Counted from the first letter of the stretch, positions 12,749-25,450 are shown. The stretch is 42,805 bases of DNA from Octopus sinensis (GCF_006345805.1 NW_021835189.1:1-42805), one strand, 5' to 3'. Numbers and translations are program-made. Notes: generated by a model from the sequence alone, not told the origin.

Positions 12749-12983
12749 GGCGGTGAGAGCTGGCAGAATCTTTAGTACGTCCGGCGAAATGCTAAGCGGT
12801 ATTTCTTCTGCCGTTACCTTCTGAGTTCAAATTCACCCGATGTCGACTTTGCCTTTCATCCTTTCGGGGTCGATTAAAGAAGTACCAGTTACGCACTGTG
12901 GTCGATATAATCGACTTAATCCGTTTGTCTGTCCTTGTTTGTCTTTTCTGTGTTTAGCCCCTTGTGGGTAGTAAAGAAACAGG
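12749..12983 (+). mobile_element. tRNA-derived SINE, tail type B
   Basis: GGCGGTGAGAGCTGGCAGAA head, GAGTTCAAATTC B-box, same body as 10163 but tail ttgtcttttctgtgtttagccccttgtgggtagtaaagaaac. Confidence 0.85.
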
Positions 12984-13150
12984 ATACAGTAGACATGGAC
13001 AGTGGGGATTTCACGCAGAGACAACGAGTACACAGTTAAAAGAATAACAATGATGTCCAACAAAAGAATATAACAATGAAAGTTCGAAATAGGCGCAGGT
13101 AATCCCCTGGAGTTGGCTCAGGTACCCACACCCCAATCCTGAACCACTCG

Positions 13151-14150
13151 ACGCGAACTCCTATGGTTTGTATCACCGTTCTCGCTCCAAGTTAAATCTC
13201 TAGCAAAATTATTTTTCAAAATTATAAAATCTAATTTTTGTCCACAACATAAAAAATCTTAGCCTATATTTAATAAATCATCAGTGAAGATCACCTACTC
13301 TACTGCACCTAACTATAGTTGTCTATAAAACTATATATAACTATATAATAACCTCCTGGAAAAAACATAAACTCCAACACCAGTCCTCTAAGTATCTAAA
13401 CTCTTGCACTGCATCACAAGCTAACCTTGACAATACAATAATACAAACCTTAATAAGCTACTTCAATTGTGTAATACTAAACTTCAGCCAATATTCTACA
13501 ACCCTATCTACGAGACGAAAAATATTAGTTCCGATACAACCTCCCAATCCGATACTAATATAAATCCTAATTTAGATTCTCCCCACTAACAACAACCAAC
13601 CAACATCAACATTACTAATAGTAAACCCCAACCACTTGCAACTGACCGCTCTGAAATATACGGTATGCAGGCCCCTGTCTCCTGAAAAGCGTAAGCTATA
13701 AGTGCCACGTGATGACCCCGTGCACCCACCAGGCAAGGGTGCATATTTGTGGCACTGAGGATTTTGAATGCCGTTGTCGTGCTCATATGTATTCTTTCAC
13801 TAATCCCAAATCTAAACTATTTCTATCTTTAGCAACACACATATACAACCTCAATTCAAAACAATATCCAATACTCTCTATCGTGGTCCATAGTATGTGA
13901 AGCTCCCCTCTACAACACAAATATAGGTAAATGTATGTTATCTATAAAAGGGTCATTAACTATTCTTCGCCACCACAACTCCTCGCTTTTATATTCTCTG
14001 ACGTTATTTATTCATGTAAGCATAAATACTGCCCGACATTCAGGCCCTTCACTAACTCTAAATAATCATATAGCAAGCCCCGGGCCCATCAAATTTCTAA
14101 TGTAAAACAAGAGTCAACCTGACAATCGACAAGTGAACACATTCTAAATA
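13151..14150 (+). pseudogene. Penelope-like element: linker, GIY-YIG endonuclease and 3' end (copy I)
   Basis: CLLKA*AI/SVIYKCHV..AR/KVH/YI.GTEDFECRCRAHMYSFTNPK..LATHIYNL..WSIVCEAPLYN..GKCMLSIKGS..LN..CKHK. This matches the PLE GIY-YIG layout and is colinear with 34556-35460. Confidence 0.8.
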
Positions 14151-14207
14151 GCTTATATGTGTGTGTGTATGCCTATGTACGCATATATGTATATATGTAT
14201 ATATATA

Positions 14208-14288
<81 letters not shown>

Positions 14289-14297
14289 CTATATCTT

Positions 14298-14342
<45 letters not shown>

Positions 14343-14876
14343 TTATTTTTTTTTTATTTATATATATATATATAAGCATATGCATAAATCTGAAATATCC
14401 AAACTACTGCATTTACAAATACATATATACATACAAGCTCTTACATACATACATGCAAACACACACACATATACGCACAAATATATACATATATACTCCT
14501 ACATTAATACACAGTATTAAAAACATAAAGTAGTCAGCATATATATAGATGCCCACAGAATATAAATATATATACACGCATCCCAAATTTATTCCAAGTA
14601 TTATGATCAATCGATTTTTCCTCCTCCTCTCACCCTCCTAAATCTCTCCAACACAGCTGTGAGAGCTTGCCGACACTCCCGCTGCCAAGCGCCTTTTCTT
14701 GGCCAACGCTTCACTCAGTATGTAGCTTCACTATTCTAAATAACCATATAGCAATCCCCGAGGCCCATCAAATCTCTAATGTAAAACAAGAGTCACCTGA
14801 CAATCGACAAGGGAACACATTCCAAATAGCTTATGTGTGTGTGTGTGTGTGTGTGCCATGTACGCATATATTAATA

Positions 14877-14965
<89 letters not shown>

Positions 14966-16208
14966 TTATTATTTATTTATATTATACCTAAGCTATGCAA
15001 TATCTGAAATATCCAAACTTGCATTTACAATACATAATATATACATACAAGCTCTTACTACATGCATGCAACCACCCACAATCCGCACAATATATATACA
15101 TATATACTCCTACAGTAATACACGTATTAAAAACATAAAGTAGTCAGCATATAGATAGATGCCCACAGAAATATAAATATATATAACACGCATCCCAAAT
15201 TTATTCCAAGTATTATGATCAATCGATTTTTCCTCCTCCTCTCACCCTCCTAAATCTCTCCAACACACTGTGAGACTTGCCGACACTCCCCTGCCAAGCG
15301 CCTTTTCTTGGCCACGCTTCATCAGTACTGTAGCTTCACTAATTCTAACTAACCATCTAGCCGCCCCGAGGCCATCAAATCTCTAATGAAAACAAGAGTC
15401 AACCTGACAATCGACAAGGGAACACATTCCAAATAGCTTAGATGTGTGTGTGTGTGTGTGTGTGCCTATGTACGCATATATTATATATATATGTATATAT
15501 CATATATATATATATATAATATATATATATATATATTAATAATATATATATTATATATATATCTATTGTATAAGTATATGGTATTTCCTTATTTATATAT
15601 TACATATAACCTGCAATAAATCTGAAATATCCAAACTTGCATTTACAAATACAATATATACATACAAGCTCTTACATACATGCATGCAAACACCCCACAT
15701 ATACGCACAATATATATACCATATATACTCCTACAGTAATACACATATTAAAAACATAAGTAGTCAGCATATAGATAGATGCCCACAGAAAATAAATATA
15801 TATACACGATCCCAATTTATTCCAAGTATTATGATCAATCGATTTTTCCTCCTCCTCTCAACCCTCCTAAATCTCTCCAACACACTCCCAAATTTCTTCA
15901 TTTTTGCTTTCACCGTCTCTACTGTCATTCGACCCTTCTCGCTTCAAATAATAATTAACAAAAGTCAATACTGAGAAAAATACCGACCCGATTTTTTGTA
16001 CTACTAACACTCTTCACCACTCCCTCGAACGAAATATGTTCTTAAAAAGACCCCACTTGTAATTGAAATGGAATGCTGTTTCATTAGTGCACAAGCTAGA
16101 AGGGGATACTCCCTCAACATTCAGATGAATTACTTATTTATTCACATCGTTTACAATTAATCATACGTTATCTTCTAGCTTTGAGATTTTGATTATGTGA
16201 TTGCTTAC

Positions 16209-16601
16209 TTTTAGAATAACTTTGCATGGTAGTTGTGAAAGGGCTGATGTGTTCAGTTTCAACAGAAAACAGGAAGAATATTTGGGCCCGACGTAGCCAG
16301 TGCCAATGCTAATGGTTAACTGAAAATTACTGAAGTAAAAATAAAAGCATAAAAAACTTTTAGGTAATTTGGGGACACAAACTTATGAGGTCTTAACGGT
16401 GGTGAACCTTTTTATCCCATCCAAAATGCCGTTGAGGTGTCTGGACGATGGCCAATACATGGCCGATATAATATAATGAAAATCGTAACTTACCAAAGAA
16501 TTGGTTTCACATCTGTTCGTAAGAGTTAGTGAATGTTTATATATATATATATATGTGCGCATATATATATATATTGCGTCATTTGTTTATTTACCATACA
16601 T
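16209..16601 (-). other. Candidate three-exon spliced unit (16601-16595, 16512-16494, 16329-16209), repeated at ~19991-20375 and ~27265-27670
   Basis: Donors GTAAAT, GTAAGT, GTAAGC; branch CACTAAC plus ..GAACAG; acceptor ttttatttttacttcag. Exon phases join in frame. No homology recognised. Confidence 0.3.
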
Positions 16602-16637
16602 TTTTTCATTGAAGTAGCGGAACACAACGCACACGAT

Positions 16638-16712
<75 letters not shown>

Positions 16713-17197
16713 ATATGTATATATTATATATATATATACATATATATATATATGTGTGTGGTGTGTGTGTAGATATAGATTGGCGTCTTTATTTCTCATT
16801 ATATGAATGCAATATGAAAAGTTTGCGTCAGCAGTCAAAGATGGGCGTTGATAGTTGAAGAGTGTAAATGAGAGAGGGGAAAGAAAGTGATAGAAAGAGA
16901 GAGAGAGAGGGCGGGAGAAAGAAGAGGAAGAGAGTTTTGTGTGTGTATGTGTGTGTGTATATGCGTAACTGTATGAGACTGTTTGCATCCACGGAACTGA
17001 AATTAACTTGAAATAATCTAAGTACTATTTTACAAATTGTGACATCTGTGTGTGTGTGTGTATATGTATGTATATATATATAAACACGCACACACAGTTA
17101 TCAGAATTATATATACGTATATATTCATGTATATGTATATATCTATATCACACATATATATTATATATAACTATATTATATATATATATATATATAT

Positions 17198-17232
<35 letters not shown>

Positions 17233-17329
17233 GTGTATATATATATATTATATATTATATATATATAGTTAATATAATATATATATATATATTAATATAT
17301 TTTATGCACATTTTGTGTGGTGTGCCGAA

Positions 17330-17900
17330 TCACTGAAATCTGAAATATTATTAGAAGAAATTTACCAAAAACTTTCAACCATGATAAAAATGATTGCCTT
17401 GCTGATGCCTTCCATGAAATGGCACAAAAGACGCAAATCTACATAGAAACACTTTATTCCCTTCTTACATACCAACAACAAAATGAGAACCAAAGCAGAA
17501 CTCCAGAAACGGATATCCACAACCTAAATTCAACCACACAAAACGTACTAAAAGAATTGAATGAACTCAGCTTGGAAAAAGGAGACATACAAAAAGAGAA
17601 ATCAAATGAAAAACATCCGGGTTAAGATATTAAATAAAAGAAAACAAGCATATTGCAGAGCCCTAAACAATGAAAACCTAGCCAACACTTATGAACAGTG
17701 GAGGGGCAGAGAAGAAGTAATACTCTCAAGAAACGTTCGTATCAAAGAAATAACGTCAGAAGCAAAGGAAGAAACAAAAATATTTGAGAAAAATCGTTTA
17801 AAAGCGACATTAACCGGAAATGATCAAAATATTGTTATACGATCAGACGACAGATTTTCATGTTTTAGAATCAATCTCACTTTTGCTCGATAACTATTGA
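17330..17900 (+). pseudogene. Unassigned decayed ORF, probably TE-derived (copies at ~21125-21700 and ~36725-37290)
   Basis: MAQKTQIYIETLYSLL..NKRKQAYCRALNNENLANTYEQWRGREEVILSRNVRIKEI appears in three copies with frameshifts. Codon-like composition, no motif I can name. Confidence 0.45.
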
Positions 17901-18629
17901 TCATCGATCTCTTCCCTAATACAACGTCTAAAGTCAAAATTAAAATGAAGTACATTTCTAACTTCTTTGTTAGACCCTCCAGTGTTCACATTGTCATCCA
18001 CCATTCTCTTCGTGAGGAATCTCTGAAGTTTAAGCTGGATGTGCTAGAAATAGCAGCCAAATATTTCCTGTGAGCAGACGATAGATTTATAAAACGATAG
18101 TGTCACTTCAGAAAATCATGTTATCGATAACGATAATAATTTACATGGTATGTATAATGATTGACATGGAAGCAAACGATACAAATTCATTTAACAATAG
18201 TTCGTTTCAGAAAATTACACTTGTAAAATAAAGTTTATGATAGAGAAATTATAACAATTCTGAAGAGGAATTAAAGGTTTTAGCAGCTTTAAAGTTATGG
18301 GAAAAGAATTTTCGTTATCAAAGTAGCAATATTTTATACGAAAGAAGGATGACAAACGAGGATTTTGTGGTGTGAAGGGTCTTCAAATGTATATGTCCTG
18401 GTGTGTGTGTGTGTGTGCGTTTGTTTGTGTGTGTGTGTGTGGTGTGCGTTTGTTTGTGTGTGTGTATTTGTGTGTGAGTGAGTGTGTGTGTGTGTTTGTG
18501 TGTGATGCAATGAGATACGTAACCATGCATAAGTGTTTCTTTAATATAAAACTGAAGTGAATATTAATGATAATATTAAATGATAATATTAAATTATATA
18601 ATTTTACTATGAACGAGGTTTAGTCTTCA

Positions 18630-19107
18630 ATGTTATCAGTCTCGTCCACCAAACTACTTCTTTAGCCACCGGACAGAAGAAACTGCTTTTCCTTCCCGGC
18701 CAAAAGAAGGTGGCGGGGCGATCTTTACAATGAACTCGGCTCGTAAACTGGACGAACGAGTGCATACAGGACTATTTCATCGCCCTGCGCTCACCCCCGA
18801 CATATCCGTCCGACAACACTTTCGTATCTGTAGAGCTTGTCTTGAATCGGCAGAGCTCCCCGGTAGCACTGCCAGGCCAGGGATTCCTGGAAGTTAAAGA
18901 CCAGTTAGTTGATTCACCCCACCAACGCCAAGAATTTACCCCGATTTCGTCGTTGTTCTTTCCCCTCTACTAATCCCCTCTAGAAATCCATGGTTGAACT
19001 TTCAATGCCCGCGTTGCCCGACTGGCAGAAAGCTGTGAGAGCTTGCCGACACTCCCGCTGCCAAGCGCCTTTTCTTGGCCAACGCTTCACTCAGTACTGT
19101 AGCTTCA
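18630..19107 (-). pseudogene. L1-Tx1 ORF2 C-terminal fragment (duplicate of 22440-22913)
   Basis: Aligns to the FYRGLVEG / zf-RVT region of the Tx1 element at 29462..29974. Confidence 0.75.
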
Positions 19108-19253
19108 CTAATTCTAAATAATCATATAGCAAGCCCCGAGGCCCATCAAATCTCTAATGTAAAACAAGAGTCAACCTGACAATCGACAAGTGAACACATT
19201 CCAAATAGCTTATATGTGTGTGTGTGTGTGTGTGTGCCTATGTACGCATATTG

Positions 19254-19322
<69 letters not shown>

Positions 19323-20433
19323 GATATATAATATGTATATATTTATTTATTATTTTTTATATATATAAATATAAGCTATGCAATAATCTGAAATATCCAA
19401 ACGCATTTACAAATACATATATATACATACAAGCTCTTACATACATACATGCAAACACACACACATATACGCACAATATATATACATATATACTCCTACA
19501 TTAATACACAGTATTAAAAACATAAAGTAGTCAGCATATATATAGATACCCACAGAAATATAAATATATATAACACGCATCCCAAATTTATTCCAAGTAT
19601 TATGATCAATCGATTTTTCCTCCTCCTCTCACCCTCCTAAATCTCTCCAACACACATCCCAAATTTCTTCAAATTTTTGCTTTTCAACCGTCTCTACTGT
19701 CATTTGACCCTTCTCGGCTTCAAACAATAATTAACAAAAGTCAAATACTGAGAAAAATACCGACCCGATTTTTTGTACTACTAACATTCTTCACCACTCC
19801 CTCGAACCTGAAATATGTTCTTAAAAAAGACCCCACTTGTAATTTGAGATGGAATTGCTGTTTCATTAGTGCACAAGCTAGAAGGGGATACTCCCTCAAC
19901 ATTCAGATGAATTACTTATTTATTCACATCGTTTACAATTAATCATACGTTATCTTCTAGCTTTGAGATTTTGATTATGTGATTGCTTACTTTTAGAATA
20001 ACTTTGCATGGTAGTTGTGAAAGGGCTGATGTGTTCAGTTTCAACAGAAAACAGGAAGAATATTTGGGCCCGACGTAGCCAGTGCCAATGCTATGGGTTA
20101 ACTGAAAATTACTGAAGTAAAAATAAAAGCATAAAAAAATTTTAGGTAATTTGGGACACAAACTTATGATGTCTTAACGGTGGTGACCCTTTTATCCCAT
20201 CCTAAATGCCGTTGAGGTGTCTGGACGATGGCCAATACATGGGCCGATATAATATAATGAAAAATCGTAACTTACCAAAGAATTGGTTCACATCTGTTCG
20301 TCAGAGTTAGTGAATGTTTATATTATATATAGATATATATGTGCGCATATATATATATTGCGTCATTTGTTTATTTACCATACATTTTTTCATTGAAGTA
20401 GCGGAACACAACGCACACGATTATGTGTATATA

Positions 20434-20486
<53 letters not shown>

Positions 20487-20528
20487 TATTATATATATAT
20501 ATATATATATATAATTATATATATACAT

Positions 20529-20561
<33 letters not shown>

Positions 20562-20972
20562 AGATATAGATGGGCGTCTTTATTTCTCATTATATGAATG
20601 GAATATGAAAAGTTTGCGTCAGCAGTCAAAGATGGGCGTTGATGTTGATTATGAAGGTGTAAATGAGAGAGGGGAAAGAAAGTGATAGAAAGAGAGAGAG
20701 AGAGGGCGGGAGAAAGAAGAGGAAGAGAGTTTTGTGTGTGTATGTGTGTGTGTATATGCGTAACTGTATGAGACTGTTTGCATCCACGGAACTGAAATTA
20801 ACTTGAAATAATCTAAGTACTATTTTACAAATTGTGACATCTGTGTGTGTGTGTGTGTATATGTATGTATATATATATAAACACGCACACACAGTTATCA
20901 GAATTATATATACGTATATATTCATGTATATGTATATATCTATATACACACATATAGATATATGTATATAAC

Positions 20973-21008
<36 letters not shown>

Positions 21009-21014
21009 AATATA

Positions 21015-21055
<41 letters not shown>

Positions 21056-22439
21056 TATATATATATATATATGTATAAATATAATATATATATATTTATA
21101 ATTTATGCACATTTGTGTGTTGTGTGCCGAATCACTGAAATCTGAAATATATTTAGAAGAAATTTACGAAAAACTTTCAACCATGATAAAAATGATTGCC
21201 TTGCTGATGCCTTCCATGATGAAGGCACAAAAGACGCAAATCTACATAGAAACACTTTATTCCCTTCTTACATACCAACAACAAAATGAGAACCAAAGCA
21301 GAACTCCAGAAACGGATATCCACAACCTAAATTCAACCACACAAAACGTACTAAAAGAATTGAATGAACTCAGCTTGGAAAAAGGAGACATAGAAAAAGA
21401 GAAATCAAATGAAAAACATCCGGGTTAAGATATTAAATAAAAGAAAACAAGCATATTGCAGAGCCCTAAACAATGAAAACCTAGCCAACACTTATGAACA
21501 GTGGAGGGGCAGGGAAGAAGTAATACTCTCAAGAAACGTTCGTATCAAAGAAATAACGTCAGAAGCAAAGGAAGAAGAAAAATATTTGAGAAAATCGTTT
21601 AAAAGCGATATTAACCGGGAAATGATCAAATATTGTTATACGATCAGACGACAGATTTTCATGTTTTAGAATCAATCTCACTTTTGCTCGATAACTATTG
21701 ATCATCGATCTCTTCCCTAATACAACGTCTAAAGTCAAAATTAAAATGAAGTACATTTCTAACTTCTTTGTTAGACCCTCCAGTGTTCACATTGTCATCC
21801 ACCATTCTCTTCGTGAGGAATCTCAAAAGCTTAAGCTGGATGTGCTAGAAATAGCAGCCAAATATTTCCTGTGAGCAGACGATAGATTTATTAAACGATA
21901 GTGTCACTTCAGAAAATCATGTTATCGATAACGATAATAATTTACATGGTATATATAATGATTGACATGGAAGCAAACGATACAAATTCATTTAACAATA
22001 GTTCGTTTCAGAAAATTACACTTGTAAAATAAAGTTTATGATAGAGAAATTATAACAATTCTGAAGAGGAGTTAAAGGTTTTAGCAGCTTTAAAGTTATG
22101 GGAAAAGAATTTTCGTTATCAAAGTAGCAATATTTTATACGAAAGAAGGATGACAAACGAGGATTTTTGTGGTGTGAAGGGTCTTCAAATGTATATGTCC
22201 TGGTGTGTGTGCGTGTGTGTGTTGTTTGTTGTGTGTGTGGTGTGTGTTGTGCGTTTGTGTTGTGTGTGTATTTGTGTGTGAGTGTGAGTGTGTGTGTGTG
22301 TTTGTGTGTGATGCAATGAGATACGTAACCATGCATAAGTGTTTCTTTAATATAAAACTGAAGTGAATATTAATGATAATATTAAATGATAATATTAAAT
22401 TATATAATTTTACTATGAACGAGGTTTAGTCTTCCATGT

Positions 22440-23405
22440 TATCAGTCTCGTCCACCAAACTACTTCTTTAGCCACCGGACAGAAGAAACTCCTTTTCCTT
22501 CCCGGCCAAAAGAAGGTGGCGGGGCGATCTTTACAATGAACTCGGCTCGTAAACTGGATGAACGAGTGCATACAGGACTATTTCATCGCCCTGCGCTCAC
22601 CCCCGACATATCCGTCCGACAACACTTTCGTATCTGTAGAGCTTGTCTTGAATCGGCAGAGCTCCCCGGTAGCACTGCCAGGCCAGGGATTCCTGGAAGT
22701 TAAAGACCAGTTAGTTGATTCACCCCACCAACGCCAAGAATTTACCCCGATTTCGTCGTTGTTCTTTCCCCTCTACTAATCCCCTCTAGAAATCCATGGT
22801 GGAACTATCAACGACCGCGTTGCCCGACTGGCAGAAAGCTGTGAGAGCTTGCCGACACTCCAGGTGCCAAGCGCCCTTTCTTGGCAAACGCTTGACCCAG
22901 TACTGTAGCTTCATCAATGAGACGAGCTGCGGAAAGCGCCGCTTGACAAACAGTCAATCCTCAATGCTCACAGTTAAAGAAACGCAGGAGATGCCGCAGT
23001 CTCAGCGTATGCCTGCGAATCATTAGCAACGGCATGTCCAGTACTCCACTGAGAGGTTGTTGACAGTAGATGGACCGTCTGATGAGCGGAACACGTCCTT
23101 TCTTTAGAAAGCGGAATAACTTTATCGGGCATGGGACTACATTCAGGCAGTCAGAGATGACGGGAGCGATGTACGCATTCGCCACCTCGACTCGACCCTT
23201 CAAAAACAGCTTCCTCTCTGCCAATTTCTGGTTGAGATCGACTATCCTGTTCGTCACCTCTCACCCGTTGTTGTCCACCTCGAGGTCTACAGCAGACCAG
23301 ACCCCAGGCACTTTAACCTGTCTTTCCGTTTAGCGCCCTACAACTGTCGGTTGGTATGGGTCTGCCTCTCCAACTGCCGATTTGCAGGCCCACGGACTTC
23401 TCTTG
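22440..23405 (-). pseudogene. L1-Tx1 ORF2 fragment (post-RT region)
   Basis: KSVGLQIGSWRG..VKVPGVW..AERKLFLKGRVEVANAYIAPVI..GRVPLIRRSIYCQQPLSGVLDMP..RRHTLRLRHL. Confidence 0.85.
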
Positions 23406-23491
23406 GATAAGCTTTGCGCCTATCAACGCTTCGTGGACAGTATTATGATGACGTAGTCCGTGTTAGCTGATACGAACATTCAACATCCTAA

Positions 23492-23537
<46 letters not shown>

Positions 23538-23697
23538 CTGTATTTCTAATTATATAATTTCGACTTGGAAAGTTTCAGTCAGCAGTTTATGATGATTGGC
23601 GGTGGAAGTGAAGGTGTTAAAATGAGAGAGGGTGAGAGGGAGTGATAGAAGAGAGAGAGAGAGGGGAAAGAAGAGGAGGTGGGTTGATGTGTACGAT

Positions 23698-23728
<31 letters not shown>

Positions 23729-23951
23729 CTGTGGTGTGTGTGTCTGTGTGTGTGATGCAATTAGATACATAACCCTACCTAAGCTTTTCTTTAACATGAA
23801 ACTAAAGGGAATATCACGTTAACGATTGCATTAAATGACGTAAATTTACTGTGAAGAAGTGAGTGAAAAGTTTACCCGGAAGAAATTTCCAATAATAATA
23901 ATAATAATAATAATAATAGTAATAATAATATAATAATAATAATAATAAATA

Positions 23952-23982
<31 letters not shown>

Positions 23983-24054
23983 CAATAATTATTATTTTTA
24001 TTATTATTATATCATTATTATTATTATTATTATTTATTATATTATTATTATTAA

Positions 24055-24758
24055 GTGATGAGAAGCAGTGCATGCCATCAAAGTGACACTAGGGTAAAAT
24101 ATACGAAGCCCAGTATACCCATCATGACTGCCCGTCTGATAAGGGTACACCAGGCACATGCATCACAACCATAAGTGCGCGACATGGTGATCTCATATCA
24201 AGATAAACAGTACATGACCTTGTAGGTGGGGCCCAGTTAGAATGTTCTTCTGGTCGAGTAACCCATCCTGCTCAAAAGGTCTCTGAGTAAGGGTTGTTTA
24301 AGGATGTTGAACGAAACACCCATGTTTCCAGAGGTGAATTATTCAAACCCCAAAGAATCCCTCTCAACACATGGCTATGATACTCCCCCACTACTTCTGC
24401 TTGTGATCAGAGATGCACATATCATCAGCCACTAAGGGACATGCTCAACTGGTTAACGTCGAGCAACTGACAAGCAAATCTGTGGTATTGAGCAGAATAT
24501 TTGCTGGAGCCCATCCTCTATACCAAGAAGATGGGCTACAGTAAATATTCTGCTCAATACCACAGATTTGCTTGTCAGTTGTTCGACCTTAACCAGTTGA
24601 GCATGTCCCTTAGTGGCTGATGATATGTGCATCTCTGATCACGAACAGAAGTAGTGGGGGAGTATCATAGCCATGTGTTGAGAGGGATTCTTTGGGGTTT
24701 GAATAATTCACCTCTGGAAACATAGGTGTTTCGTTCAACATCCTTGAACAACCCTTAC
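24055..24758 (-). mobile_element. Non-LTR 3' end with 229-bp fold-back at its truncated 5' end
   Basis: Arms 24287-24515 and 24530-24758 are reverse complements with few mismatches around a 14-nt loop ctctataccaagaa. (ATT)n lies on both flanks. Confidence 0.8.
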
Positions 24759-24848
24759 TATTATTATTATTATTGTTATTATTATTATAATTATAATTAT
24801 TATTATTTGCCAATAAGACCGGCATATCGGAGAAGATACATTAGAAAA

Positions 24849-25083
24849 GGCGGTGAGAGCTGGCAGAATCTTTATTACGTCGGGCGAAATGCTAAGCGGT
24901 ATTTCTTCTGCCGTTACCTTCTGAGTTCAAATTCCCCCGATGTCGACTTTGCCTTTCATCCTTTCGGGGTCGATTAAAGAATTACCAGTTACGCACTGTG
25001 GTCGATATAATCGACTTAATCCGTTTGTCTGTCCTTTTTTGTCTTTTCTGTGTTTAGCTCCTTGTGGTTAGTAAAGAAACAGG
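24849..25083 (+). mobile_element. tRNA-derived SINE, tail type B (paralogue of 12749)
   Basis: Near-identical to 12749-12983, including flanks. Confidence 0.85.
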
Positions 25084-25086
25084 ATA

Positions 25087-25450
25087 CAGTAGACATGGAC
25101 AGTGGGGAATTCACGCAGAGACAACGACTACACAGTTAAAAGAATAACAATGATATCCGACAAAATAATATAACAATGAAAGTTCGTAATAGGTGCAGGT
25201 AATCCCCTGGAGTTGGCTCAGGTACCCACACCCCAATCCTGAACCACTCGACGCTTCGGGGCATCTGGGAAGAGCACTCTCCTCCCTCTCAAATTCACTA
25301 GCCCACAGGCGCGTTATTAGAGTAGGTCCACTCACACGTACCATTTTCGCTATTCATCCACCTTTTGGCAAATGTACTGAGAGGCAGCACTTTACTCTAC
25401 ACCCTCATCTTCCTTTCCTCTGCCTTTAGTCCTTTTAACCTGGTCCACAA
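25087..25450 (-). pseudogene. Tx1-like ORF2 C-terminus and 3' UTR remnant
   Basis: Minus strand STFAKRWMN.AKMVRVSGPTL resembles ECFKKRWVNVARMARM at the end of the Tx1 at ~29190-29240. 25087-25255 is duplicated at 12987-13154. Confidence 0.5.

Larger units (their letters stand above)
14047..22913 (+). repeat. Tandem array: two short (~0.6-0.7 kb) and two long (~3.8 kb) units of one composite sequence
   Basis: The CTTCA junction recurs at 14047, 14726, 15334, 19103 and 22909 (spacings 679, 608, 3769, 3806). The short units jump from ctccaacaca to (g)ctgtgaga at 14655/6 and 15267/8. Confidence 0.9.

Noticed and set aside
14115-14150. ctgacaatcgacaagtgaacac after the PLE ORF as a hammerhead
   Set aside because: The position is suggestive, but the core deviates in every copy and the stems cannot be drawn.
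14047-22913. CRISPR-like or prophage interpretation of the repeated units
   Set aside because: Units are 0.6-3.8 kb of eukaryotic TE fragments, with no short repeat-spacer pattern and no cas or phage genes.
23084-23110. CTGATGAGCGG as a hammerhead core
   Set aside because: It is antisense of Tx1 coding sequence, with no paired stem II or GAAA.
23770-23815. 23-nt minus-strand microexon in the six-copy module
   Set aside because: The acceptor AG is kept, but the donor is GC or absent in four of six copies and no frame links it to other exons.
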